Assembly: GCA_028289135.1 (NCBI GenBank)
Contig: JAQGGW010000007.1
Location: 2,300 to 66,299 of the forward strand
DNA length: 64,000 nucleotides
Reading direction: 5' to 3'
From: Candidatus Saccharimonadota bacterium
GTDB lineage: Bacteria > Patescibacteriota > Saccharimonadia > Saccharimonadales > JACDBH01
The position numbers and the translations under genes are program-made. Below are positions 44,179 through 52,777 of this stretch, piece after piece (within the stretch, counting starts at the first letter, position 1; every line of letters starts with the position of its first letter). The notes under the pieces were generated by a model. That model did no database searches and was not told where the DNA came from. It saw only the letters and a program-made list of their open reading frames with translations.

Positions 44179-44225
44179 GCTGTGCCCGCGATCGGCGCTT
44201 CAAACCGAGACGAACCGGGCCAAAT

Positions 44226-44255
44226 AAAAAGCCCTAGCTTTCGCTAAGACTTTTT
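44226..44255 (-). terminator. rho-independent terminator after tRNA-Asp
   Basis: aaaaagccctagc/tttc/gctaagacttttt. The two mismatches become G.U pairs only on the minus strand. Confidence 0.6.
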
Positions 44256-44258
44256 ATT

Positions 44259-44335
44259 TGGCGGGCTCGACCGGATTCGAACCGGCGATCTCCTCCGTGA
44301 CAGGGAGGCATGTTAGGCCTCTACACCACGAGCCC
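44259..44335 (-). tRNA. tRNA-Asp(GTC)
   Basis: The minus strand reads GGGCTCG TG GTGTAGAGGCCTAACATG CCTCC CTGTCAC GGAGG AGATC GCCGG TTCGAAT CCGGT CGAGCCC G CCA. Confidence 0.9.
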
Positions 44336-44468
44336 ATGTGGTCAGTTCTTTTAAAATAAAAAAACCTGGAACGTGATTCCAAGCATTTACGCCTGTCACA
44401 CGTTTTGTTCATCTTATCAGAACAGGGGTAAAAAAGCAAACGGTTAGCTTGCTGGTATAGTTAGGTAT

Positions 44469-44963
44469 ATGCCTTTATTTAAAGCCGCCAACAAATTGGA
44501 CAGGGTTTTTGAGATTTCGATTATTCTTAAGGCCGTCGACGGATTGATTGAAACTGCTGGTGGTGTTTTATTGCTGCTTGTAAATCCGGCCAGCATAACC
44601 AATTGGGCGACAAGAATTACGCAGCATGAGCTCAGCACTGACCCGCATGACTTTATTGCCCGGCACATTTTGCACAGCGCCCAGAATTTTGCCTCTGGCG
44701 GACGCACTTTTGCCGCCGTATATTTGCTGATCCATGGGCTGTCTAAGATTGTGCTGGTGGTGGAGATTTTGCGCGAGCATTTGTGGGCTTACAGGGGCAT
44801 GATCGTGTTGCTTGGATTGTTTATTATCTACCAGGTCTACCGTATGTTTTATGAGCCGGCAATCTGGCTGGTTGTATTAACTGTTTTTGACGCGTTTGTT
44901 ATTTATTTGACGATCCGAGAAGAGAAGCGCCAGCGCTTGGCGCTTGGAAAGCACTCGAATTAA
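44469..44963 (+). CDS. DUF2127-like membrane protein
   Basis: 164 aa with four TM helices. ...AAVYLLIHGLSKIVLVVEILREHLWAY resembles DUF2127. Confidence 0.45.
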   Translation: MPLFKAANKLDRVFEISIILKAVDGLIETAGGVLLLLVNPASITNWATRITQHELSTDPHDFIARHILHSAQNFASGGRTFAAVYLLIHGLSKIVLVVEILREHLWAYRGMIVLLGLFIIYQVYRMFYEPAIWLVVLTVFDAFVIYLTIREEKRQRLALGKHSN

Positions 44964-44988
44964 ACTAAGGCAATAAGAATGAAATGTT

Positions 44989-44997
44989 TGCTATAAT
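44989..44997 (+). promoter_or_regulatory. extended -10 promoter of the tRNA-Thr/tRNA-Gly pair
   Basis: tgctataat at 44989-44997, 11 nt upstream of the tRNA-Thr 5' end. Confidence 0.6.
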
Positions 44998-45007
44998 TAC
45001 CCCTGTC

Positions 45008-45083
45008 GCCGAAGTAGCTCAGTTGGTAGAGCAGCTCACTCGTAACGAGCAGGTCGCAGGTTCGAATCCCGTCTTCGGCTCCA
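45008..45083 (+). tRNA. tRNA-Thr(CGT)
   Basis: GCCGAAG TA GCTC AGTTGGTA GAGC A GCTCA CTCGTAA CGAGC AGGTC GCAGG TTCGAAT CCCGT CTTCGGC T CCA. Confidence 0.85.
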
Positions 45084-45116
45084 TTCCCACAAAAAGTCTC
45101 ATTCGTTTTAAGACAC

Positions 45117-45191
45117 GCGGGTATCGTATAACGGCTATTATGTATCCTTCCCAAGGATGAAACGAGAGTTCGACTCTCTCTACCCGCACCA
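45117..45191 (+). tRNA. tRNA-Gly(CCC)
   Basis: GCGGGTA TC GTAT AACGGCTA TTAT G TATCC TTCCCAA GGATG AAAC GAGAG TTCGACT CTCTC TACCCGC A CCA. Confidence 0.85.
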
Positions 45192-45275
45192 CGTCGTAAG
45201 ACTAAGTACAACCCGCTGTATTTGAGCGAACAAGTAGCTCAAATCCTGCGGGTCGTACTATAGCTCACTCCTTAA

Positions 45276-45304
45276 CCCCGCTGAACAGGTTCAGCGGGGA
45301 CCCC
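45276..45304 (+). terminator. GC hairpin of the CCCC-N6-CAGG-N6-GGGG-ACCCC family
   Basis: ccccgctgaa/cagg/ttcagcgggg/acccc, downstream of the tRNA pair. It is preceded by a 53-nt hairpin at 45206-45258. Confidence 0.5.
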
Positions 45305-45342
45305 AATTGATACTTTATCTTGATCTAACGTTTATTGCTCGG

Positions 45343-45888
45343 TTACAGTTGCTTTCGATCTTTGAGGGCTGAGAGTTTATTTTTGTAGAGAAAGCTGATT
45401 ACGGCGACGGTGAGGAGCCAGCCTAGGAGGACGGTTTTGGTTAGGGTAGTTTCGCGATTTTCTACCTCTGTTAGAGAGCGAGCGGAGACGACGTAGTATT
45501 GGTTGGCTTCAACGGCGACTGCGGCAAGGCGGATGTTATATTCGGGCTGCCAGGTGACAGCGTTGTAGCCGGATCCTGCGCTTTTTAGGACGCCGATTGG
45601 GATTTCGCGCAGCGGGGCTTGGCCGTTGTAGACGGAGGAGGCAACTGCGCGGCCTTGTTTGTTATAGATAACAATAAATGGAGCCAGGCTTTTGCTGGCG
45701 TCGACCTTGCTGGTTAGCAGTGAAGCGGGGTCAACACCGTTATTTAACACTGCCGCAGCATCTTCGGCCATCTGGATCTGTGGGTCATTGGCACTGGAGC
45801 GTAAAACCGACTGGCTGGCGGCATAAATTGTGCCAAAAATGATGGTTATGGCCGCGAGCAGGGCAAGAGATTTTAGATATTTCTTCAT
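45343..45888 (-). CDS. hypothetical exported protein with C-terminal TM anchor
   Basis: 181 aa with signal MKKYLKSLALLAAITIIFGTIYA and the C-terminal helix VLLGWLLTVAVISFLY. Confidence 0.5.
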   Translation of the reverse strand: MKKYLKSLALLAAITIIFGTIYAASQSVLRSSANDPQIQMAEDAAAVLNNGVDPASLLTSKVDASKSLAPFIVIYNKQGRAVASSVYNGQAPLREIPIGVLKSAGSGYNAVTWQPEYNIRLAAVAVEANQYYVVSARSLTEVENRETTLTKTVLLGWLLTVAVISFLYKNKLSALKDRKQL

Positions 45889-45932
45889 ACATTTATTATA
45901 CGCTTACATAGTAAGTATCTCAGATACAGCAT

Positions 45933-45943
45933 TATGATAGAAT
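45933..45943 (+). promoter_or_regulatory. extended -10 promoter (leaderless gene)
   Basis: tatgatagaat at 45933-45943. ATG 45950 is 7 nt after the hexamer. Confidence 0.55.
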
Positions 45944-45949
45944 AACTTC

Positions 45950-46633
45950 ATGAATGAACGAATACCACTCACCCCTGAAGAAGCAAGTATTACCGCCAAA
46001 CGTATTCTTAGCGATGCGGATCTTATAAAAGGAGGGGCAGATATTGCTCCAAGCGGTACATTGCGTCCGGCTGACTGGCAAGTCGAGAATATATTTGAAA
46101 AGGAAATCGACGAGCCTCGAATAAAAGAATTTATGAATTCGACACCTGAGGGACATGTTATAACTCACAAAAAGAATGAACTTCATGATTTCAATATGGC
46201 TTTACATGGAGCTGCGCGTCACGCTGTAAGATTGCGTAAGCCAGGACCACTGCCGAAACCTTCTGATTTTAAGAGATTCATGCAAGCAAATGGTATAGAG
46301 GTTGATTTTGAAGAACTGGAAAGAGAAAGTGAGAGAAGAAATGAAGATTATCCTTATACTGAACAGTTAGCAAGTATAGATTATACTGCTCCGCTCGACG
46401 AAGTGACAAAGGAACTATTAGAACATCCTGAATATCGTTTAGGTAAACCAGTAAATGTTTTGAACCACTCACCAGACGGTAATCCTGGGCATCTTGAAGA
46501 TGGTTGGCAGATAAGAGATATCTTAGCAAATGGAAAGCTCTTAGCCGCACCAGTTGACGGTCGAGATCTTAGCGTACCAGTGACAGTAGGCGAGTTAGAT
46601 GCCTGGAAGCAGCTTATTCCCCCTGCGCAGTAG
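45950..46633 (+). CDS. hypothetical protein
   Basis: 227-aa ORF that looks soluble. No motif recognised. Confidence 0.5.
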   Translation: MNERIPLTPEEASITAKRILSDADLIKGGADIAPSGTLRPADWQVENIFEKEIDEPRIKEFMNSTPEGHVITHKKNELHDFNMALHGAARHAVRLRKPGPLPKPSDFKRFMQANGIEVDFEELERESERRNEDYPYTEQLASIDYTAPLDEVTKELLEHPEYRLGKPVNVLNHSPDGNPGHLEDGWQIRDILANGKLLAAPVDGRDLSVPVTVGELDAWKQLIPPAQ

Positions 46634-46696
46634 TTTTTTATACATGCATGCATCATCTGCTGGAAAGTGGTCTTTGGTGTATAATAAAACGAACAT

Positions 46697-47053
46697 ATGA
46701 CCACGCCCACGAAGTATTTTCATGACCGTTCGGTGCTCCTCCTGCTGGCAGTTAATAGTATTTTGGTAATTACCGGCATCTTGCTGGTGCTGTTCCAGCT
46801 CGACAGTTCGAAGGGGAATACTTATTATATCCAGTTTCGCGGCGTTTCGAGCTCGGGCGAGTTTAAGACAGGGAACGCCTATGACATGAGCAGCTTTGTG
46901 CTGTTCTTTTTGATTAGTTTTGCCGTTTCACTCCTGATTAGCACCCGGATTTATCACCAACGGCGCAACTTGGCGCTGAGCGCGTTGGCTATGACCGGAA
47001 TCCTGGCCTTGTTCGCGATTGTGGTCAGCGGGTCTTTGCTGGGTCAAAGATAA
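46697..47053 (+). CDS. small membrane protein coupled to the GT2 gene
   Basis: 118 aa with four hydrophobic helices. TAATG overlap with 47053..48645. Confidence 0.5.
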   Translation: MTTPTKYFHDRSVLLLLAVNSILVITGILLVLFQLDSSKGNTYYIQFRGVSSSGEFKTGNAYDMSSFVLFFLISFAVSLLISTRIYHQRRNLALSALAMTGILALFAIVVSGSLLGQR

Positions 47054-48645
47054 TGAATGTGCGCGATATTGAGATCCCGTTTGTCGAAGAGCGCACCTGG
47101 AAATACCGGTTTTGGGAAATTTTCCCAGGGGCGGTGAGCTGGACTATCCTCCTTATGCCGCTGGTGTTGAGCATCTTTAATACCACCCTTTTTGCTGTCT
47201 ATATCATTGGGTTTTTGCTGATTTGGTTCGTAAAGTCGATTGGCCTGAACATCCGGTCTTTGCAGGGTTTTAGGACGATGAGCCAGCAGAAAAAGCTCGA
47301 TTGGCAGGTTTTGATGGATGACATTGAGGCTGGCGAAGTGCTGCACGACCACAAATGGATACCGCGCTGGCACCGCCAGAACGTTGCCCGGCTAAAGGAG
47401 CAGCCGCTGTGTCTGCCGCCGAGCGAAGTAATCCACGCGCTGATTATCGCTACCTATAACGAAAGCCGTGACATTTTGGAGCCGACTATAAAGTCTTGTT
47501 TGGCGAGCAAATATGACATGAAAAAGGTGATTTTGATGATTGCCTACGAAGAGCGTGACGGAGCGCAGTCCAAGCAGTCGGCGCTGGATTTGGTCAAAGA
47601 GTATGGGGACGATTTCATGCACGCTATTGCCGTTGGGCACCCAATGCTGCCGGGTGAAGTGCGCGGCAAAGGCGGCAACGTGACATATGCCGGGCGGGTG
47701 CTGCAAAAGTACTTAGAAAAAGAGAAGATTGACCCGCTGCGCGTGATTGTAACTACGCTGGATTCGGACAACCGGCCGCACGCGCTGTATCTTTCGGCTT
47801 TGACCTACACCTATTGTTCCACCGAAGACCCGCGCTACGTTAGCTACCAGCCGATCCCGATGTATACCAACAACATCTGGGACGCGCCGAGCCCGATGCG
47901 TGTGATTGCAACCGGCAACTCGTTTTGGAACATTGTGCTTAGTATGCGGCCGCACATGCTGCGCAACTTTTCTTCTCACGCCCAGGGCATGCAGGCGCTG
48001 ATTGATTGTGATTTTTGGAGCGTGCGGACAATTGTGGAGGACGGCCACCAGTTTTGGCGTACTTATTTCCGCTATGACGGCCGGCACGAGGTTTATCCAA
48101 TCTATCTGCCAATCTACCAGGACGCGGTTTTAAGCAGTACTTACCGCAAGACGCTAAAGGCGCAGTTTATCCAGCTCCGCCGCTGGGCGTGGGGCGCGAG
48201 CGACATTGCCTACGTTGCCAAGATGGGTTTTAGAAAGGGAAGCAAAGTGCCGCGGACTGACATGGTCTTTAAGTTCGCGCGGCTTGTTGAAGGGCATATT
48301 AGTTGGGCAACGGCGTCGCTGATTTTGGCTTTTGGCGCGCTTATTCCTGTGCTGGTGCAGCCCAAAAACTATGTGGCCCAGTCTTTGCCGCACATTGCCA
48401 GTAACATCGAGACTTTGGCGCTGGCCGGCATATTTATCACCCTGTTTTTGAGCTTTAAATCTTTGCCGCCAAAACCCGAACGCTACAAGCGCCACCGCAA
48501 CATTTTTATGGTGCTGCAATGGGTTTTGCTGCCTGTTACGACGATTTTATATAACACCTTTGCCGCGGTTTATTCACAGACCCGGCTGATGTTTGGGTGG
48601 TATTTAGGGAATTTTGATGTTACGGATAAGGCTGTCAAGAAGTAG
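47053..48645 (+). CDS. membrane-embedded processive family-2 glycosyltransferase (cellulose/chitin-synthase-like)
   Basis: 530 aa. ...ALIIATYNESRDIL..., TTLDSDNRPH (DxD-type), and QLRRWAWG (the Q(Q/R)xRW motif of processive GT2), flanked by TM helices. Confidence 0.7.
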   Translation: MNVRDIEIPFVEERTWKYRFWEIFPGAVSWTILLMPLVLSIFNTTLFAVYIIGFLLIWFVKSIGLNIRSLQGFRTMSQQKKLDWQVLMDDIEAGEVLHDHKWIPRWHRQNVARLKEQPLCLPPSEVIHALIIATYNESRDILEPTIKSCLASKYDMKKVILMIAYEERDGAQSKQSALDLVKEYGDDFMHAIAVGHPMLPGEVRGKGGNVTYAGRVLQKYLEKEKIDPLRVIVTTLDSDNRPHALYLSALTYTYCSTEDPRYVSYQPIPMYTNNIWDAPSPMRVIATGNSFWNIVLSMRPHMLRNFSSHAQGMQALIDCDFWSVRTIVEDGHQFWRTYFRYDGRHEVYPIYLPIYQDAVLSSTYRKTLKAQFIQLRRWAWGASDIAYVAKMGFRKGSKVPRTDMVFKFARLVEGHISWATASLILAFGALIPVLVQPKNYVAQSLPHIASNIETLALAGIFITLFLSFKSLPPKPERYKRHRNIFMVLQWVLLPVTTILYNTFAAVYSQTRLMFGWYLGNFDVTDKAVKK

Positions 48646-48715
48646 ATTTCTACATGCTCATGCTTGCTGATTTTTAGGTGTTCTCGCATACTTGGTTCAT
48701 TAACTGGAGAATATT

Positions 48716-49162
48716 ATGGCTACACCCGATCAAGCTCCCTTAGACCTAGTAGCGGAGTACTGTGCTTTTGTAGATGAAATGTCGGGCGGTAAGCCCGCGC
48801 TTGGCGCAAAAGAGTCGTGGAAAACTTATAAAATAGTAGGCGGCACGGTAAGCGGGCTTGTGCTTGTAAATGAGGTAGACTTTTTTACTACCTGGGATGA
48901 AGCAGCAAGTGAACGACTAGGAGAAACGCAGTATATTCGCACAATAGAATCTTCTTATGAAGGTTTTAAGAGAGCTGAGGATTTACATCGTGTTGAAGGC
49001 TTCAGTGTATGGTTACCAGGATTTGAAGGCAACAACTTTGTTGAAGAGGGCGAAGATGAAAGCAAAACCGATTTTGTCTGTGCAGTAGCTCGGCACAGCC
49101 TAGCGCAGGCAAGACTCTTACGGGATGCAGGGCGTTTACAGGTAACAGATCAGGCCGATTAG
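48716..49162 (+). CDS. hypothetical protein
   Basis: 148-aa ORF with SD ggaga 7 nt upstream. Confidence 0.5.
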   Translation: MATPDQAPLDLVAEYCAFVDEMSGGKPALGAKESWKTYKIVGGTVSGLVLVNEVDFFTTWDEAASERLGETQYIRTIESSYEGFKRAEDLHRVEGFSVWLPGFEGNNFVEEGEDESKTDFVCAVARHSLAQARLLRDAGRLQVTDQAD

Positions 49163-49581
49163 CTCTTAAGCGCGAGTTGGTGGTAGGCCTTGTAGGTAGC
49201 GGCGGCCAGCGGGTCAAAACGTTTTAGGACTTCGAAAGTTACTTTCGCGATGTTTTTGGTGCTGAGCGTGCCGTTTATTAGGTATTTTTTGCTGATCAGG
49301 CGGCCGATGATGGTGGCCGTCAGGCCGGTTGAGGCGTCGATTGAGTCATAACGGTGGCCTAGGGACTTAAAGAGGCTTAAAAGCAGCCTATCGCGGTTGA
49401 AGGGGCGCTTTTTGTTTGTTGCGCCAACAACAAGCAGGGATTTTTCATAATCCGGCACCTCGTTGGTAGTAAAGTGCCGCTGGCAGGCCAAGCAAGTGCG
49501 CCTGCGCCAAACTGCTGGGGTGCGGGCCTTAGCGCGGCTATTAGTAACCTGTGTTTCGTTTTGGCAAAAAATACAAACCAT
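49159..49581 (-). CDS. nrdR: transcriptional repressor NrdR
   Basis: MVCIFCQNETQVTNSR...WRRRTCLACQRHFTTNE is the zinc ribbon. It is followed by an ATP-cone-like region ...KRPFNRDRLLLSL...VLKRFDPLAAATYKAY. Confidence 0.8.
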   Translation of the reverse strand: MVCIFCQNETQVTNSRAKARTPAVWRRRTCLACQRHFTTNEVPDYEKSLLVVGATNKKRPFNRDRLLLSLFKSLGHRYDSIDASTGLTATIIGRLISKKYLINGTLSTKNIAKVTFEVLKRFDPLAAATYKAYHQLALKS

Positions 49582-49587
49582 AGCTAC

Positions 49588-49598
49588 ATATTGTCATA
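49588..49598 (-). promoter_or_regulatory. extended -10 promoter of nrdR (leaderless)
   Basis: The minus strand reads TATGACAATAT. The nrdR ATG (49581) is 7 nt after the hexamer. Confidence 0.45.
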
Positions 49599-49955
49599 AC
49601 GCTAACGTTTTTGCTAGTGGAAAACTATGCAAAAAGCAGGGGATAAGCTTTTTGGAAAAGAAAAACCGCCCTTGGATTACTCCTAGAGCGGCTTATGGTT
49701 CCACACCTCATATAACCTTAAAGGCTATATTGTTAATTCTGGACGTCTATGACAATTGGCCGGGGCCGTTGTAGACGCTGCTTGGCAGGCTTCGGTGTTG
49801 TTAACTCTTCGTAAAACAACACGAATCCCTCAAGTGCATGTGCACGAGTGGTACTCACTCAGTTCTCCCGATTAACTTGATTATGCTAACACATAATATT
49901 ACTATTGTCAATGCTTATGCTTAACCCAACAGGGGTGACGTAGCAAATTCTACAA

Positions 49956-50474
49956 TTACAGTTCTCTATATTCGGGATGGACCTTAGTAATTTGTCCCTG
50001 GTCATTTATGTTAATTTTGGGTTTACCTTCCCACGTAAGCATATGACCATTGAAATCAGGGAAGCTAATTACACTTGCGTTGAGATCGTTATCTCGCATT
50101 TCGATAGCATGACGCCCATCGCCTTCTAAAGCAATGTAATTTGCACTATGCTGAGGGTTGCTTATATCGGCGATAAAAGCCTCAACTTCATTTTTACCTA
50201 ACCCCTCAAGTGCGCTATCTGGATCGGTGACTGCTCCATAACCAGTTGGATCTGCCTGCAATGCCTCTTCAAATGCGCTTTGTTCAGGGTCCTCGAGGCG
50301 CTTAATTTCTTTTCTAAGCCCATTAAGCGTTTTTTCTTCTACGAAGTCCATAAGTCGGAGAATGTCTTTGGTGTCCAACTTATCCGCTTTGAAAGCTTTT
50401 AGCGGGTTAAAAAAATCATGCTTATTATTTTGTGGACCTTCGCTTGAATTGTGGCTTTCTGGTGAATGGGGCAT
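49956..50474 (-). CDS. hypothetical protein (tandem paralogue 2)
   Basis: 172 aa. It shares blocks with 50498..51025: ...GYGAVTDPDSALEGL... against ...GFGAIFDPDKALIEL..., and ...SFPDFNGHMLTWEG...INDQGQI... against ...SFPDTGTHVLQWEV...INNQGQI... Confidence 0.55.
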   Translation of the reverse strand: MPHSPESHNSSEGPQNNKHDFFNPLKAFKADKLDTKDILRLMDFVEEKTLNGLRKEIKRLEDPEQSAFEEALQADPTGYGAVTDPDSALEGLGKNEVEAFIADISNPQHSANYIALEGDGRHAIEMRDNDLNASVISFPDFNGHMLTWEGKPKININDQGQITKVHPEYREL

Positions 50475-50497
50475 TTATATTTTCCTTTTTCTAGAAT

Positions 50498-51025
50498 CTA
50501 AAACTGTTCTGGAGGTGGACTAAGGATTTGTCCTTGGTTATTTATGGAAACAGGATCTTCAACTTCCCATTGGAGGACATGGGTACCTGTGTCGGGAAAG
50601 CTAGAGATGCCCGCGCTTGTCCGTCTGTGCGCATACACCGCATTACGAATATCTTCATCAGGGAATTGTTCTAGGTATTTTATGTATGAAAGGTTGGGAT
50701 CGCCTTCCATTTCTTTATATCTTTCGGTTTTTTGAGGATCAAGCAGATCATTAACGGCTTCGTCTGCGAGTTCAATTAGTGCTTTGTCGGGATCAAAAAT
50801 TGCTCCGAAGCCTGTACCATGATCTCTAATTATATTAAACAATTGGTCTGTATGACTTATGCCTTCATCATCTGGACGAGTCAGTTTTATATAATCTCCA
50901 GCAGAACGCTTGCCAAGATATTCAATAGCTTTGTCCTGAAACGCTTTTGGCTGGCGGGCAGCTTCAATGGCCGCTTTGAGGTCTTTATTATTGGAGCTAT
51001 CTTTGAAAGGGTTTTGTTCTGCCAT
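50498..51025 (-). CDS. hypothetical protein (tandem paralogue 1)
   Basis: 175 aa. See the paralogue at 49956..50474. Confidence 0.55.
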   Translation of the reverse strand: MAEQNPFKDSSNNKDLKAAIEAARQPKAFQDKAIEYLGKRSAGDYIKLTRPDDEGISHTDQLFNIIRDHGTGFGAIFDPDKALIELADEAVNDLLDPQKTERYKEMEGDPNLSYIKYLEQFPDEDIRNAVYAHRRTSAGISSFPDTGTHVLQWEVEDPVSINNQGQILSPPPEQF

Positions 51026-51080
51026 AATTTTATAATCCTATATTATCATAATAGCATAAACATGATGTAAAGTCAACGGA

Positions 51081-51091
51081 TGTGCTATACT
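51081..51091 (+). promoter_or_regulatory. extended -10 promoter of tgt
   Basis: tgtgctatact at 51081-51091 covers the track start GTG 51082, so translation more likely starts at the in-frame GTG 51100. Confidence 0.45.
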
Positions 51092-51099
51092 TAACCCCG

Positions 51100-52191
51100 G
51101 TGAATGATCTAAAACTGAATATATTTGAAGAGATAAATCAAAGTCCTAATGGGCCGCGAAGTGGGGTTTTAAAGACGCGGCGGGGTGATGTGAAGACGCC
51201 GACTTTTATGCCGGATGGGACGCGGGGCGTGGTTAAAAGTTTGACTGCAGAGCAGGTGAAGTCGGCCGGGATTGATATTGTGCTGGCAAATACGTTTCAT
51301 CTGCACATACAGCCGGGTGAGGATGTGGTGGCAAAACTTGGCGGGCTGCATGAGTTTGGTAAATGGCAGGGTCCAATGTTGACTGACAGCGGCGGTTTCC
51401 AGGTTTTTAGCTTAAGCAAACTGCGCAAGATTACCGAGGATGGCGTGACTTTTAAAGATCCGGTGACGGGCGATATGCGTTTTATTAGTCCTGAAATCTC
51501 GATGCAGATCCAGCTCAAACTGGGCGCGGATATGATTGTGGCTTTTGACCATTTAACAGGGCTGGACGAAGAGTCCATCAAAGATACGCAGGAGGCTTTT
51601 GACCGGACGCATAGGTGGTTGGAACGATGCATTGTTGAGTTTAAAAAACTGACCAAGGACATGAAGCCAGAGGAACGGCCGCTACTGTTTGGGGTGGTTC
51701 AGGGCGGATTAGACCTGAGCTTGCGTGAACAAAGTCTGAAAATTATCCAAGACTCTGAAGTGGATGGAATTGCGATCGGTGGTTTGTCTGTTGGCGAGCC
51801 GCGCGAGGAAATGTACAAGGTTTTAAACCACTTGGCACCGCTTTATGACCCAAAACGACCGCGGTTTTTGCTGGGCGTTGGCGATCCGCGCGACCTGCGC
51901 TACGCCATTGAGCACGGGATTGATATGCTGGACTGCGTTTTGCCGACACGCAATGCGCGCCATGCGACGGTGTGGGTGGAGGGAGACAAGCAGATCCACC
52001 TCACAAACGCGCAGTTTATTGATGATATTTCGCCGATCGACCCGGGCTGTGACTGCTACGCCTGCGTTAATAACTATTCCAAAGGCTTTTTGCGGCACCA
52101 GTTTAAGGTCAATGAGCCTTTAGCTGGGAGCTTGGCTTCAATCCATAACTTGCGCTATTTGCAGCGGATTTGTGAAAGCTACCGGATTTAA
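51100..52191 (+). CDS. tgt: tRNA-guanine transglycosylase (queuine tRNA-ribosyltransferase)
   Basis: ...TPTFMPDGTRGVVKSL..., LANTFHL, LTDSGGFQVFSL, VFGVVQGG, DGIAIGGLSVGE, and the zinc site CDCYAC...H. The exact start is uncertain (51082 or 51100). Confidence 0.88.
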   Translation: MNDLKLNIFEEINQSPNGPRSGVLKTRRGDVKTPTFMPDGTRGVVKSLTAEQVKSAGIDIVLANTFHLHIQPGEDVVAKLGGLHEFGKWQGPMLTDSGGFQVFSLSKLRKITEDGVTFKDPVTGDMRFISPEISMQIQLKLGADMIVAFDHLTGLDEESIKDTQEAFDRTHRWLERCIVEFKKLTKDMKPEERPLLFGVVQGGLDLSLREQSLKIIQDSEVDGIAIGGLSVGEPREEMYKVLNHLAPLYDPKRPRFLLGVGDPRDLRYAIEHGIDMLDCVLPTRNARHATVWVEGDKQIHLTNAQFIDDISPIDPGCDCYACVNNYSKGFLRHQFKVNEPLAGSLASIHNLRYLQRICESYRI

Positions 52192-52667
52192 ACTAGTTTT
52201 TGCCACCAAGGATAGAAGCGGCGAAGATATTTATCTTCGAGCCGCATGATTTTATAGGCATGGTCATGTGTAACACTAGGGAATTCTTTGGACATCTTTT
52301 TTGCTAAGGCATTTCTTGATCCTGTGTATTCAACAATGCTAGCAGCAGCTCTTGCACTGCCAGTGCCTCCATGGCTTTCAAAATTGCGATTTTTAAAATG
52401 TTTGTGCTCATATTCAAGAAAAGTGATGAGCTGGTCAGCTGTTATGCCAAGCTGAAGTTGACCGGTTACAAAATTATAGAAATCAGTGGTAAGAAGTTTG
52501 TCGTAGTATTTGGTAGGAGTTTTATCATAAAAAAACCGCCGCCGGAACCACAAGATTGGCCCTGCAAACAAGTAAAAGAGAGTAACTGCACCTAGTGCTA
52601 CTCCAACGATCATTCCGATAGTGTCTCCGAGTGACATGCGCGCCGAGGCAAATATATCCATAGGCAA
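52188..52667 (-). CDS. membrane-anchored hypothetical protein
   Basis: 159 aa with TM IGMIVGVALGAVTLFYLFAGPILWF. Its 3' end overlaps tgt by 4 nt (convergent). Confidence 0.45.
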   Translation of the reverse strand: MPMDIFASARMSLGDTIGMIVGVALGAVTLFYLFAGPILWFRRRFFYDKTPTKYYDKLLTTDFYNFVTGQLQLGITADQLITFLEYEHKHFKNRNFESHGGTGSARAAASIVEYTGSRNALAKKMSKEFPSVTHDHAYKIMRLEDKYLRRFYPWWQKLV

Positions 52668-52777
52668 GAGTATACACCTCTTTATTACAGTTAATTTGCC
52701 AAGGAATTAAGTTGTTGGTGTAGGTGTCGTGGGGTATTATTAGCGTAAGTATTAATAAGTGGGCAAGGGCGGACAAA

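Noticed and set aside
49582-49955. Possible tmRNA (GGGGCCG... at 49762), RNase P RNA (gcggcttatgg resembling the CCGGCUUAUCGG of P4), or SRP RNA.
   Set aside because: The partner elements are missing. There is no tRNA-like 3' end with CCA for tmRNA. There is no GAGGAAAGUCC-type 5' P4 strand within reach, because the region abuts coding genes. There is no GNRA/GGAA helix-8 motif for SRP.
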